A DNA stretch of 64,000 bases, taken from NCBI GenBank assembly GCA_009914755.4, contig CP068257.2, positions 32,320,001 to 32,384,000 on the forward strand, in the 5' to 3' direction. This DNA comes from the human T2T-CHM13v2.0 reference genome, Homo sapiens. Both the position numbers and the translations under genes were made by a program. The notes under the pieces are model-generated. The model was given only the letters and a program-made list of their open reading frames with translations, was not told the origin of the DNA and did not search any database. This document shows positions 31,151 through 48,010 of the stretch, piece by piece (position 1 is the first letter of the stretch; every line of letters begins with the position of its first letter).

Positions 31151-32738
31151 AATAGAAGAGCTGAAGAATTTTAAACAAGTCACCATCAGTGCAGTGGATT
31201 CCTCAAAGCAAACCTGGAAATCTCGGCATGAGTTGGATTTAAGGCAGTACATTTTCAGCTCCTGAAAATTTGAACAGTTTCTCAAGAGAACAACTTGAAA
31301 CAGAAAGGCAAGGATGTAGATGTGGTTGTAGAAGATGATGTCTGCGGCCACCAAACTGTCCACTGTGAAGACAAACCATGCATGTTTAGTAGGCAGTGGC
31401 TCCTCTTCCCTGTGGGGAGTCCCACTGCTTCCCTGGCCTGGGTGTTCTCTGCCGGTAGATGTTATTGACAAAATAAGCAAAGTCCTCTGATTCTGAGAAT
31501 TAGAGTTAATGATAGCTCTAGATTGCCTCTGCCATGCTATTTAAAGTCCTGCTTTATTGTCTGACATGAGTTCGGCATCTATGAGGACTTGTCCAGTGCA
31601 AAGTACAATCTCCACTGAAAGATATCACCAGCACATCTTGTCACTGTGCTGTAGCAAGCTGGGCAGTACAATGATGTTGGCAGGATCCTGTTTAGGTGGA
31701 GGATGGCCACCTGGGCATCAAGAATCTTCTACCCTGATTCCACATTGACTCCCCAAAGTGGGCTTCAGACAGCTCTTTACTTACGTCTTCTGATTAAAGC
31801 AGCAGACAGGGTCCCAGCTAGAGAAAAGTTCTGGGAGCAGGAGAGGTGTTGGTGGCTTTAAAACCAGGGGTGAAGATTGAATTAGGAGGTTAGGCAGGAG
31901 TAGGATCAAAGACTTAGAAAATGCTTGTTTCCTCCTATTATTCTTATGAGAGCTGATACGGGGCTTTCAGTTTTGGGGGAGAGCCTTGGAAGAGAATGAG
32001 GGAATTTAATCAACTAGCGGGACCTTTCCAACTTACATTTCCCAGTGTTTGTTGGATGATACGTTTGCCTAATAAGTTAAAGCTTCCAAAAATAGAAAGT
32101 AAAGCTTGGTGACACTAAGCTCTGGCATGCTGTCATCTTCTGGCTAGGGGTCTTGTGCTTCTGTTTTTCTATTTCTGACCAAAGACATAAAATGTGTTGT
32201 GACCTCTCAGGTAATGCTGTGGTATCATGTCCAAGCAGTAACTAACCAGAGTGGAGTTTTTACAGGTAAAAAAGTATTGAATAGCTCAGCAACAGGGAGG
32301 ACTTAATGATAAATTGCTTTTTCAGAAAATGACAAGGGGACAGACACTTGCGGTTCTTCCATTGAGAGCCTTAAGGAAGTTAAGCGAAGCCTCTGCTCAC
32401 CCCTTCAAGTAACGATGACCCATCAGATCGTGGTCATAACCAGTAGCATCTGAGGCACCCCTAAGCTCTCTGGGCCCCAGATTCCTTGTTAAGTTAAATG
32501 AGGTGACTTCCCAGTTTACCATTCTAGGGGTTCCTGAGGAGTTAAAAATGAAGGAGAAAATGCAACATGTACCAAGTGAGCAAGAGCTCAAGGCTTATCT
32601 CTGGCACGAAAGTGACCGCTGTCCGTTAGAGATGTGATTGCCCTAGATTTCCTTTAGGAAATGCAAACATTGAACTCTGGCCTTCAGGACCCAAGTCCCG
32701 GCTTGCATCTATTCTATACACTTTCTGTTATTTGTTAG

Positions 32739-33069
<331 letters not shown>

Positions 33070-33843
33070 CATTTGTTTTCTTTCAAACCCTTCTGTAAGA
33101 CCAGTGCTTTAGGTGAACACGTGGACAGAACAAGATCATCACTATTTTGCAATATGAAGACCAACTGCGCTGTGACCAGAAAAACAGAGGCAAAATGTTG
33201 AGCTTAATGATACCTTTTTATAATTTGTATTTGGTGTTTCTCAATTTTCCATTGGATAGTTTGAGAGATAAGTACAAGTCAATGACATGTTCTCTTTCGT
33301 ACCCTATTGTCTAATCCTGCTAACACACACACACACACACACACTGATTACCTAATTTATCTGTTCCCCGATTATTACACTCTCAATTGCTGCAGAGTCT
33401 CAGAAGCAGCATGGTGTAACAGAAAGAATATGAGGCTTAGAATCCAAAAGCCAGAGTGTGAATTCCAGCTCCACTGACTTGCTGCGTGACTTGAAGCAAG
33501 TCATTACGTGTCTCTGTTTACTCATTTTATGACTTTCCTATTGCCTCTGTAATATAGCACCACAAACGTGTGGACTTAAAACAACATGCATTTATTCTCT
33601 TAGCGTTCTGGAGGTCAGGAGTCTGACATCAATTTCGTTGGGCTAAAATCAAGATGTTGGTAGGACCAAGATCCCCGTGGAGGCTCTGGGAGAACCCATT
33701 TCCTTGCCTTTGCCAGCTTCTAATGCTGCATTCCTTGCATTCCTTGATTGTTGACCTCTTCCCCCATCTTCAAAGCCAGCAGAACAGCACCTTGTTTCAT
33801 TGCCTTCTTTACTGTCAAATCTCCCTCTGCCTTCTTCTTATAA

Positions 33844-34384
<541 letters not shown>

Positions 34385-34627
34385 TAAAATTTGTGAAGAG
34401 GCACATAATGAAAGCCCATACATGTCACTGAGTTCAGAGGAGGGTGGGTCTGACCTCCCATTGGCTGGTCTCTGCCTGATGGACATCGTGAAGAAGAGAG
34501 CCAGGACTAGTGTGGCTGGGGGATGTTCAGGGGCCAGAGTGGCTTCAGGTGCCAGCAGCCCTGGCCGAAGGATGACTCCAGGAGCAAGGCTCAGAGCCGA
34601 GTGGAAGAAGCTTCATAAACGCAACTG

Positions 34628-34778
34628 AGCCAAGCATGATGGGATGTGCCTGTGGTTCCAGCTACTCAGGAGGCAGGTGGGAGGATGGCTTGAGTCAGAA
34701 GTTCGAGGCTGCAGTGAGCTATGATCACACTACTGTACTCCAGCCTGGGTGACAGAATGACACCCTGTCTCTAAAAAG
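34628..34778 (+). mobile_element. Alu right-arm-only element (FRAM-like or 5'-truncated Alu)
   Basis: 'agcatgatgggatgtgcctgtggttccagctactcaggaggcaggtgggaggatggcttgagtcagaagttcgaggctgcagtgagctatgatcacactactgtactccagcctgggtgacagaatgacaccctgtctctaaaaag'. Confidence 0.75.
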
Positions 34779-35852
34779 AAAAGGCACCTGGATGCTCATG
34801 ACCGAGATGGGGTGGGGTGGGTGGGGTGGGACAGCCGCACTTTATAACTTTGCTTTCAGCATGATGTGGATTAGTGTCTCCCATGTGGGAAAATTATGTT
34901 TACCACTTAGAGAGCTGATAGTGCTTGCTTACCCCATAACGCTGGACGGTGGCAGGCTTAACTCCCCCATCAAGGGCCTTAATGTATTTGGGGCCCTAGT
35001 CCTAGCAACAGCAGCAAATCTCCTTTTTCTTTTCCTCGAGCTGGTTGTTCACCAGGCAGTTGGGATGTTAATGGGAAGAGAAGACACACACAAGTCCCTT
35101 GTTTTCAATAAGGCAGTCTGGTCACGTCCTTAGCAGGTTATTAATCTTTTTCAAACCCCTCCTCTCCACCAAGTTTTATGATCCTGGGAAGGAGATTCCT
35201 ACCTAGCATCCTTAGAGTTATCGGGGGTTAGGATCGGTGCATGCAGTCACTTCCGTGGAATCATCAGTAGCCCTCCAGCCTCTGGGGGAGAGCTGCCAGT
35301 GGTCAGAGATGTTGGGAATTACGAGGGAGGAGCTAGGGAGAAGGAACTCACAGTCCCTCAGTCTCTGAAGGTGGCTCCTGGCAGGAGAGGGGGCCAGTCC
35401 TAGATAAGAGCTCTCCCAGGGAATTCCAAGGGTCCTCCCAAGGTCCAGCCACAAGATGAGGAATTACTGTTGGGCTCTTCCTCAGATGTGCCTGTGAATT
35501 CATATCACAGATGCTTGATGCATTTGACAATTGTTTAATTGCTTGAGCCCAACTGATACTCTTTCAGTCACTTTAAGGGAGTGATTTCAAGTATGATCAT
35601 TGCCTCAAATCTGTATGGCTTTCCTTGCCTTTCAGGTGCTTTAAGAGGGCTTATGTTCTTTGACTCCCCTAGTAACTCAAAAGGGTGGCTAAGATGCAAC
35701 TCTGGAGGTTTCCAAGCTCTCTGCAAAGCCTGCCTTCAGTAGTCTGTGCACCACAAGAAGCATAACTTTATTATCCTCTAGCTGAATTTACCTCCTGCTT
35801 CGAGCCCCTGTTTTCCCATGTCATTTTAGGGGTCCAATGTTTTTCCTGGAGG

Positions 35853-35859
<7 letters not shown>

Positions 35860-35914
<55 letters not shown>

Positions 35915-35925
35915 CACACACATTC
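35860..35925. repeat. (CA)n-(TA)n-(CA)n compound microsatellite
   Basis: Read directly. Confidence 0.95.
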
Positions 35926-35959
35926 CAGGGGCCTCTGAGGTGCCAAGACATGTGTGGGG

Positions 35960-36440
35960 TCCATCTGGTTCACACTGATGTCCATGATCATTGAGTTCAT
36001 TTTTTATATCAACTATGTGACACTTCCTATAGTTTCCAGTTCCTGGTTAGAATTTGCAAAGTTGCCGACTATTTCTTTGAATAGAGTAGCTAGATCATGG
36101 GTCTACACCAGTCATCAAGCAGCGATTTCCCTGTTGGAAGCTCCAAGCAAATTGTCAGCTCCAGCATTCCACACAGCTGTGGGTGCCACACTCCTTTTCC
36201 TTTTAAAAGATGATGATCTGCTGGTGGTGAATGCTCTTGGAGTTTTATTTGTAGGTTTTTCTTGTTGTCGCAAATGTCTATATTTCATCTTCCCTCTTGA
36301 GGGATATTTTCCATGGGTAGAGGATCTAGGCTTTTCTTTTGGATTCCATTGTGGCTTTAAAAAAAAGTCAGTTGACTGTTTATTTATGGCTTCTCTAAAG
36401 GTGATCTCTTTCTTCCTAAGGCTGCTTTAAAAGTTTCCGT
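35960..36440 (-). mobile_element. LINE-1 fragment, antisense (ORF1 / inter-ORF region)
   Basis: '...gacacttcctatagtttccagttcctggttagaatttgcaaagttgccgactatttctttgaatagagtagctag...'. The 158-aa track ORF at 35954-36430 is its antisense translation. Confidence 0.6.
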
Positions 36441-36610
36441 TCCCTCCCTCCCTTCCTCCCACCCCATCCCCCTTCTTCCTTTCCTTCCTCCCTCCCTTCC
36501 TCCCTTCTCTTCCTCCCTTTCTCCCTTGTCTTCCTCCTTTTCTCCCATCCTCCCTTCCTCCCTCTTTCCTTCTTTTTTCCCTTCCTCCCGCCCTCCTTCC
36601 TTCTTCCATC
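36438..36610. repeat. Polypyrimidine (CCTTCC/CTTCCT)-like low-complexity tract (GGAA-rich on the other strand)
   Basis: Read directly: 'ccctccctcccttcctcccaccccatcccccttcttcctttccttcctccctcccttcctccc...'. Confidence 0.9.
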
Positions 36611-36630
36611 ATTATATATTAAAATATTTT

Positions 36631-37440
<810 letters not shown>

Positions 37441-39496
37441 CTGTTCACTATCACCCAGTGAACTGCCATGTGTTTGTCTCCTGTCATGGTAACATTTGCA
37501 TTCAGGGAGAGGCCTCTGCTCTCTGCAGAACAGTGTGAAATCACCTCATTTTTGCCTTCAATGAAGGTTGTCTCTTGCTGGTCACCACCACTTCCTCAAA
37601 TGACTAATGCCACTCTTGCTCACAGTGCTAAGGCGCTAAGGAGTTTTCAGAGGGCTAGAGTGATTCTGCATCCTCTGGGGTTCTCAGGAAACGAGGCCAC
37701 AGGGCCATCTGTGCATGAGTGACAGTGGGGTGGGGTGGATGAGCAGTGGCAGTGGTGGGCACCTATGCTGCTGGCGCCACAGCTTTTTATATCTTGGTGA
37801 AAACAACGCCTTGCGTTTTCACTTGTAGATTCTCCGGCTACATTCCACAAGAACAAATTCTGGTCACAGAGGCCAGAGTAGACTATCAGTGTAATGGCCC
37901 TTCCCCTTTGATGATAGCAGCTTTTTTCGGGGGAGCAGGGGTGGCCAAACTTCCTAGCCTTATTTTATCTTCCTTTCTAGTTCTCCCCAGAGGCTGCTGG
38001 GTTCACCTCTCCCTCTGCCAGACAGACAGGCTCAGACATGCAAGAACGGAAGGGGGTGTGGGGGTTGGTGGGAGGATTAAGTTGGGGAAAGCCAGTCTTG
38101 TCTTTGTAGATTACCAGAACTGACACACGTACACACACGTACACTCACTCACTCATCTATTCATCTATTTTTGGCCTAAGTGCCTTTGGACACTTCTTCG
38201 GAAAAGCACATGAACTCTTTGGAGTCTCCTGTTCCACTTGGTAAATTTCCTATAGCCACGCACTGAAAGTCCCTGCTGCCCTCCTTCCTCTGAGCTTGTG
38301 GGGCCCACAGATCCCCTGCTCCACTTCCTGCTTCATTTCAGCTGATGGTGAGTCCAGGGCAGGCTTGTAGGAAGGGCGGGCTAGGCGTGGGGAACTGCAG
38401 CACCCACCCCACCCCCCGCCCCAGTGCTTGTTGCCCCAGCCTCTGTCTCCCTCGCTGTGCCCTTCCCTTAAGCCCCACTCTTGGCCTCCCCAAAGACAGA
38501 GTTTGTTCTGTTTTTATTGATAGGATGACACTCCCTCGTTCTAATACCATCTGAATGCCTGAGCAATTACATCTTACAACCTCATGAAAAACACAGCAGC
38601 TTGTCACGATGAATGATGTTACCGTGAATAATGCAGTTTTGAGTTCAAACTCCTTCTTATTCCAAGAATGAGTAAATATCCCTATTCCCTCCCCTCCCCA
38701 TTGCATTTGGGTTTGACATGACATGAATCATTGTGGTTTTACTCCTGGGTAGAATTGTTTTTCTGTATTGCATTGCCAATTGATGGAAGGACAAAAAAAG
38801 GAAACTTACCAATGAGCAGTTTCAGATGAACTTAAATTCTCAGAAATCTTGAAGAATGAATGAACTATAACTTTCTGAAGTTGCAAAAATGTTCAAGTCG
38901 GAAGTGACCCATGGGAAGCAACCTGGTCCTTAATTAGGACTGGAAAGAAAACGGAGGCCCAGCGAGGGAACAGTGGCTTCCCCAAGGTCACACTGCAAGT
39001 GAGTGGTGGCACTAGTCACCCAGGAGTCCTCCTGACTCCATGGTATCCTGACCCCAGACCAGCAGCCTTATTTGTGGTTAAAGAACGTGGAAAAACAGCT
39101 TATGTTTGAATTTTAAAATCATGCCAGTACTAAAGATCTGCATTCCATGAATATTGAGCTTTGCTGTGTGCGGGTTGCTACGAATTTTGTAACTATTTTC
39201 TCTAAGAGCTCTCAGTATTTTACATATACAATTCCATTCTTTATTGTCCAGGGAAAAAGTTGCATTTACTGAGCAGTAAGAGGGTGATTTGAAGTCCCTG
39301 GGGTCCCCCACCCTTGTCTTTCTATGTGAGATTGTATTGCAGGGCTCACATTTATTCTCTCAGCAGCTCATTGCACAGACAGTGTATTTATTGAGCACCT
39401 ACTGTGTGCCAGGAGCTATGTGGTAAGCTAAGCAGACAAAAACTCCTGCTCTCACAAGAAGAAAGAATAAACAAGCAGACAATTGCACCTATAATG

Positions 39497-39802
<306 letters not shown>

Positions 39803-40175
39803 CTAATGTCAAGTTAGGAAGTGTGGCAAAAAGGAACAAAGTCAGGGTGACTGCCATTCTAGAAAGGGTGGTGAGGGAAGGTCTCCTTGAGTAGACCCTG
39901 TGGGAGTGGAAGGGTAAGTCACGAGACTCTCTGGAGGAAGAAGATTCCAGGTGGAAATGCCTTAGTGGGTGTTAAACGCTTTAACGGGTGTTAGCCAGAA
40001 AGCCAGAATGGCTGGAGCTGAGGGAGTAGAGGAGGCGGCATAGAAAATGAGGTCAGAGATGGAGGCAGGGCCGGATCACAGAGGGGCACAGAGAACGAGG
40101 AGGGAATTGGATTTTTGGAAAAGATTGTGGCAAAATACAAAATATAAAATACAAAAATAAAATATAAACCATAAA

Positions 40176-40686
40176 ATGTACTACCTTTACCATTTTAAGT
40201 ATGCAGTTCAGTAGTGTTAAATACATTTACATCATTGTTCAACCCGTCTCCAGAACTCTCTGCATCTTGCAAAATTAAAACTCTATGCCATTTCAACAGT
40301 TCGCATTTCCTCTTCCCTCTCGTTCATGGCAACCGCCATTTTTCTTTCTGTCTCTGTAAATGTTAGTACTTGGGGTATCTCATCTAAGTGGAATCATACA
40401 GTGTGTGTCCTTTTGTGACAGACTTATTTCACTTTGCATAATGTCCTTAATATTCATCCATGTTGTAGCATGTGTCAGATTTTCCTTCCTTCTTAACATT
40501 GTGTAATATTCCATTGTACGCATAGACTACATTTAGCTTATCTGTTCACCTGTGGATGGACACTTGGGTTGCTATAGTGAATAATATTGCTGTAAATATG
40601 GGTATACGATTATCTCTTTGTGACCCTGCTTTTAATTGTTTTGGATATATACCCAGAAATGGAATTACTGAATCATGTGGAGATTC
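40176..40686 (-). mobile_element. LINE-1 fragment, antisense (ORF2 3' portion)
   Basis: '...tccttttgtgacagacttatttcactttgcataatgtccttaatattcatccatgttgtagcatgtgtcagattttccttcc...gttcacctgtggatggacacttgggttgctatagtgaataatattgctgtaaatatgggtatacgattatctctttgtgaccctgcttttaattgttttggatatatacccagaaatggaattactg'. Confidence 0.8.
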
Positions 40687-41152
40687 TGTTTTTGATTTAT
40701 TTATTTATTTTTAATTTTTGAGATGGAGTCTCGTTCTGTCACCCAGGCTGGAGTGCAGTGACACGATCTCTGCTCACTGCAACCTCTGCCTCCTTGCACC
40801 ATTAATTCTGAAAATGCAGGCCTGGATCCAACCGCCTTTGGGGACGGGTACCTGCCCACAGGAAGAGGTTGAGGAGACAATAATGTCACGAGAATCATCA
40901 TCTTTGACTGGGAAATGGTGTGCAGAGTTTCTGGTGCCTTCTGAAGTGATTGTCGCATCTCAGCCTCCCTAGTAGCTGGGATTACAGGCATTTGCCACCA
41001 AGCCCGGCTAATTTTTGTATTTTTAGTAGAGACGGGGTTTCATCATGTTGGCCAGGCTGGTCTCAAACTCCTGACCTCAGGTGATCCACCTGCCTCAGCC
41101 TCCCAAAGTGCTGGGATTATAGGTGTGAGCCATGCACCTGGCCTGATTGGTT
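40687..41152 (-). mobile_element. Alu SINE (minus) carrying a ~150-bp non-Alu insertion at 40794-40944
   Basis: Alu sequence runs to '...ctcactgcaacctctgcctcc', then 150 bp of unrelated sequence, then Alu resumes at 'gtgattgtcgcatctcagcctccctagtagctgggattacagg...gtgagccatgcacctggcc'. Confidence 0.88.
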
Positions 41153-41396
41153 ATTTAAATTCTGAGATGGGGTATACTAATGTTTGAAAACCACAGGGAT
41201 GGGATAGGTATAGGTGGGGAGGGAGAGCAAAAGTGGTATTTAGAATATGTTACGTTTGAAAAACCTAATACACATTCTACATCCAAGTGGACATAGATGG
41301 AGTTATTTGAAGCTCAGAAGACACCTGAGTTGGAGACAGGAATTTGTGGATCATCTGATATATTTAGCATTTATAGCCACAGGGCTGCTGCCTGAC

Positions 41397-42009
<613 letters not shown>

Positions 42010-42589
42010 ACTGCTGCCTGTTTTTGTACTGCTTGGCAAGCTAAGAATGGTTTTCACATATTTGAATATTTGAAAAAAATTTTTCAAGAATACCATTTTG
42101 TGGCACACGAAAATTATATGAAATTCAAGTTTCAATGTCCACAAATAAAGTTTTATAGGAACATAGCATGCTCACTCATTTAGGTATTGTTACGGCTGCT
42201 TCCACACTACAGCAGCAGGGTTCAGAGGTCATGGCAGAGACCACGTGGCCCACAAAGGTGAATGTACTTCCCTTTGTAGAAGCTGTTTGCCAAACTCTTG
42301 GCTAGCAGAGTGAGTCATGAGAGAAGAGAGAAGTGCATGGACTGAGGTCTGTCCAGGGCCTGTCAAGAGCCAGTAACCGTTGCTGTGCGTCAAGGATGCC
42401 AAGATGGTGCCTGCTCCATGAGCAACAAAGCCCAGGGGCCCAGCAAGCCAAGGCTGCTTGCCTCTTCCCCTGGGGCCAGCTGTGCATCTTGTGGATGGCT
42501 GAAGTTGAGCAACCCATAACAGGCTCCTGACCCACTGTGAGATGGTGGCATGTGAAAGGACCAGCATCCAACAGTCTTGCCCTTACTAT

Positions 42590-43050
42590 ATTAGTAATTT
42601 CCTGGGGCTACAGGAGCTATTTACTACAAACTGAGTGACTTAAAACAATGGAAATGGATTCTCTCGCAGTTCTAGAGGGTATTATTCTTTCAATCAATCA
42701 AGGTGACAGCAGGGCCATGCTCCCAAAGACAGCTCTAGGAAAAGCTCCTGGTTTCTAGCGGCTGCCTGCACTCCTTGGCATTCCTTGGCTTACAGCTGCA
42801 TCATTCCAGTCTCTGCTTCGGTCACCACGTGCCTTCATCCCTGGGTCGCTTCCATGTCTCTATGTCCAAATGTCGCTCTTCTTATAAGGATGTTAGTCAT
42901 TGGATCAGGGCCCACCCTAATCTGGTATGACTTCATATTAATGTGATTGCATTGATAAAGACGCTGTTTCCAAATAAAGCCATCGTCACACGTATGGGGA
43001 CTAGGACTTCAACATATCTTTTTGAGGGACAAAATTCTACTCACTATACT
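42590..43050 (+). mobile_element. MaLR-type solo LTR (MLT1-like), copy 2
   Basis: '...ctacaaactgagtgacttaaaacaatggaaatggattctctcgcagttctagagg...ctcttcttataaggatgttagtcattggatcagggcccaccctaatctggtatgacttcat...ggggactaggacttcaacatatctttttgagggacaaaattc'. Confidence 0.55.
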
Positions 43051-44008
43051 TCCACACACATGCAGATTTCACGTGGTTGAATCTAAGAGTATTTGGGTTC
43101 TTGCGATAAAAGGATATGGCCCGGTGACTAATCCTGGGGAAAGAAATAAAAAGAGAAAAAAACCTCTAGTATTGGTGTTAAGACCCTGAGTTTTACTTCA
43201 TTTCCTCACCACTCCCTGCTGCCTGCAGGCAGGCCAGCTGCCTCCCTAGGGGCAGAATTGGAGAAAGAATACGTCTCTCTGATGTAACTACTGCGCTCAG
43301 GCAACCCACTGTGGAGCTTCACAGTGGTTCTCTGCCAAAGATTCTGAGGTTTTTAGCCTGAGATGATAGGTCAAAACCAGGGAGGTGCTCATGGGGGAAA
43401 GCAGCACTGGACAGAGTCTAGATGCTGCTTCCCTCAGGCTGTGATGACCTTCAACTGGCCCTCATCCCCAAGAACCTCAGCTTCTTCCTCTGTATTAAGG
43501 AAATAACCATAGCCCCGTCCGTCTGTCACAATGTAGAAGCGGGGATGAGAAGTGAAAAGTGAGGTCTTGCAAAGGTCTCGCAAGTCCTCTGCAAAGCTAA
43601 GGGGTATTACTGGACAGCGACTTGGATGAGGATGGCCAGACATTGTCCTCCTTCAGGACCAGCTTCTCAGAGCAGAGTCTCCAAACATAATGTCGCTTCC
43701 AGATGACGCAAATCTGATATCAGAGAATGACTAAAAGCTTGAAACTTTGCTTTTAATCTGTTGTGGATCAAGTTTCTTTTCAAATAAATCAAAGTCTGTG
43801 AACTTAGGAAGGAGGAAAATTGCTGGATATCTTTTTTGGCGGAGGGATGGGGGGCCCTCTGCCAATTTAACCATTTCAAAGTGTCCAATTCCATGGTTTT
43901 AAGTATACTCTAGTTCCAGAATTTGCTCATCATCCCAAATAGAATATCTATACTCATTAGCAGCCTCTCCCTGGCTCTTCACCCTTCTCCCGTTCCTGGC
44001 TACCATGA

Positions 44009-44815
<807 letters not shown>

Positions 44816-46865
44816 GATTTAACACTCATTTTTATTAAATGCAACAACCCCTCCCGCATCTGGCCTGAGTGTCCTGGGCCAGCCAACTGCTTGCTCTCCA
44901 TCGTTCCTGTTTGGTCAGAGGCCCTGGGTGCAGCCAGTGGGTTACGCACTCTGATCCCCTCAGTGACTTCTCCTGGGAGGTCACCAAGGATACTCATTCA
45001 GTCAGGTCTTCCAGAGCCACAGTGTTGATCCTGCAGTGAGGACATGAGTGTGCAGTGACTGGACTCTCTCAGGCAGTCGTGGAAGCAGAGGATTGCTCTG
45101 GCCAGCCTGGGGACAGTTCCCATTGGTTCCTGGACTTGATCTGAATCAACTCCTTCTTCCTCACCATCTCTTGCCTGGTGCTGCTGGCTGAGGCGTTGCA
45201 TCTGTGGGGGCTGTCCACTCCCAGCTCACGTCTTCTGGCAGCTCCTTACTCTATTCTAATGCGCCTAGTGGTACTGCCGATTTTCTCTTTTCCCAGACAC
45301 CTCTCTCCACACTCCTTCTCCCACATTGGCCTGGCCCTCATGGCTCTTTGATCCTCATGGAACATTCTATTGTCTCCTAGGTGAGAAGAAAAGGCATCCC
45401 AGCTTATATTCAGACACATGGCCTTGAACTCGTAATAACTCACACATGTAAGCCACAATAACTTCATTTGCATGCAACCACCTTGAATGAATGGTCTCAG
45501 TAAATGTGTCATTTATTCTCAATATTCTGGAGTGCTGGAAAAAATGGGGAGTCAAAGGATCCCTCAGTCTGCTGGTGTGACCTGGGGCACCCATCCCTGT
45601 TCCCTCTCCTCTTACATGGGATAAAACCCCAGTGGAGCCGTGTCTCTGGATCACTGTGATGGATTAGGTGAGTCTCTACCTGGGCACCCTCTTTCACGTG
45701 GCAGCATTTTTATCGCTGTGACAACCTGGAGTCACCTTGCCATTTACCACAGTTGCCTTGGATGACCAAGTAACCCTCCTGCCCTTCATGGGGGGATGTC
45801 CTTTGAAGAACACCATTCATTCTGGAAGTGCAGGCCTGGCCTGAACCACTTTGGGGACGGGTACCTGTCACAGGAAGAGGTTGAGGAGACTATAATGTCA
45901 GGAGAATCATCATCTTTGACTGGGAGATGGTGTGCAGAGTTTCTGGCGTCTGGGGGCATTCCATCTGTGAGGTTTTCAGTTCTTCATGAGCTGTTACAGG
46001 AAACAATGTTTTCGAAAACAAAGTTGTCCCTGGCCCAGGGGCGCCAGGTCATTCCGTGCAAGCAGTCCCCATCAGCTGAGGGAAGGCCCAAAATATGCAA
46101 GTGCATGAGCCAGGCTGGCGTGGCACGTGAGGCTGCATAATTTTCGCCGCCCTTCCCTAGGTGTTCTGCTGAGAGCTGGGCTGTCTGCTTAGAAATCAGC
46201 CTCCAGGCCTGACTTTTGGCCTCTGCCCCGCCTGTGGAGTCGGTGCGGGCTCCAGATTCCAGAGGCGAAGGATACATCCTAGTGCCAGCTCAGATCTGAA
46301 ACAGGCTTGCCCTTCGTTTTCAGGTAACTTCTGTTCTGGTCTCTGAGGCTGTGCTGGAGCACTGGCCGGGATTCCAGGCGGCATTTTGTATTTGGAGACA
46401 GCAATCTGGGGAGGGGCATAAATAGTAGGAGGGGCAGTGTCATCTGTTTTTACCTTTTCTTTTCTTCTTCTTCTCTTCTTCTTTTTTTTTAATGTAGTCT
46501 GGTCTTTCCAACTTTGTTTTCAGCCAATGCAGAAGATGTCTATTTGTGCTGCACGGCCCAGAAGGGAACTGCCAGTTCAGAAAATGTCAGGTCAACTTGA
46601 TGCTCCCGGTTGACATTTGGCACTGGCTTGGGGGAGCAGGAAGGAAGGGGAGGAAAAGGACGTGGAGAAGAACCTAGGAAGGATTCGTACTTTCGTGCTT
46701 TTCTTCTTTTCTCCTCTCCTCCTCTTCCAGTCTGCTCCAGGCTGACGGGAAGGGAAAGGCAAGTAGCTGGGTTTGATGGGGCCCTGCGGGGAATGGGGTG
46801 GAGACGGGGCAGGAGGGGGAGCTGTGTGTCTCAGAACCACTCCTGCTCCTGACCACGCTGCCCCC

Positions 46866-47428
46866 CAACACACACCACACCACACATACCACACACATAC
46901 CACACACACACCACACCACACACACCACACAACACACCACCCACACCACACCACAAATGACACACCACACAAACCACACCACACACACACAACACACACC
47001 ACACCATACAACACACACACTACACATCCATACCACACTACCCACACATTACACTATGTCACACCACACCCACACATCACACTACACATACACACCACAC
47101 ACACACCACATAACACCACACACACACACCACAACACACCACCCACACCACCCACACCACACGACACACCACACACACCACACCGCACACACACACCACA
47201 CCACCCACACCACACACTACACATACCACACATCATCCACACAACACCACGCACACATACCACACCACACACACACCACCCACACACTTCACACTACACT
47301 ATACCACACCACCCACATACACCACAACACACACACACACCACACACACACACCACACACACATCACACACACCCTCCTCACACCATGTACACACACACC
47401 ACACACCACACCCCACACCTCACACCCT
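46866..47428. repeat. Long degenerate (CACACC)n / (CA)n-derived cryptically simple repeat (~560 bp)
   Basis: Read directly: 'cacaccacaccacacataccacacacataccacacacacaccacacc...'. It produces the His/Thr/Pro-rich and Cys/Val/Trp-rich ORFs at 46592-47586 on both strands. Confidence 0.95.
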
Positions 47429-47479
47429 GCAAGCCTGTGTTCCGAGCTCCTCAGGGAGTGGAGGCCCCTGAGGAACAGC

Positions 47480-48010
47480 CTGAACCAGCATTTCCCAGGG
47501 TTCGCAGCTCCAGTTCCTTGCCTGGCAAATTCAGTAAATCCCAGGCTGTCACAGTTTACCACAGCTGCCGTAACAAAGCACCATGAAGCATGCTGCGCCT
47601 ACAGAGATGTCCTGCCTCACAGTTCCGGAAGCCACGTGTCCCAGATGGAGGTGGCGGCAGGGCGGGTTCCTCTGAGGCTGTGAGGGAGGCGCTGTCCCAG
47701 GCCCTCCCTGGCTTCCGCTGGGGGTGCTGGCCACCCTGGGCGTTCCTTGGCTTCTAGAAGCATCGCCCAGATCTCTGCCTTCATCTTCACCCGGGGTGCT
47801 CTCCCCGTGTGTGTCTGTGTCCACATTTCCCCTTTTTATAAGGACACCAGTCAGACTGGATTGGGGGCCCACCCTACTCCTATACCATCTCTTCTTAACT
47901 TTTCTCTGCAACGACCCTGTTTCCACATAAAGCCACATTCAGAGGTACTGAGGGTTAGAACTTCAAAGGATGAATTTGGGTGGTGGGGGCCGCAATTCAC
48001 CCCATCACAG
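47480..48010 (+). mobile_element. MaLR-type solo LTR (MLT1-like), copy 3
   Basis: '...cacagctgccgtaacaaagcaccatgaagcatgctg...cctcacagttccggaagccac...tttttataaggacaccagtcagactggattgggggcccaccctactcc...gaggtactgagggttagaacttcaaaggatgaatttgggtggtgggggccgcaattcacc'. Confidence 0.55.

Noticed and set aside
35954-36430. 158-aa ORF in Alu-free sequence
   Set aside because: The DNA matches the antisense strand of LINE-1. The ORF is a chance antisense reading frame.
38330-38350. Apparent acceptor and donor pair ('cttcatttcag|CTGATG|gtgagtcc') implying a 6-nt micro-exon
   Set aside because: It is consistent with chance occurrence of splice-like motifs and there is no supporting ORF continuity.
46592-47586. 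Long ORFs (232 and 262 aa) rich in His/Thr/Pro on the plus strand and Cys/Val/Trp on the minus strand
   Set aside because: They are frame translations of the degenerate (CACACC)n repeat. Composition is periodic and low-complexity, with no start context or domain.
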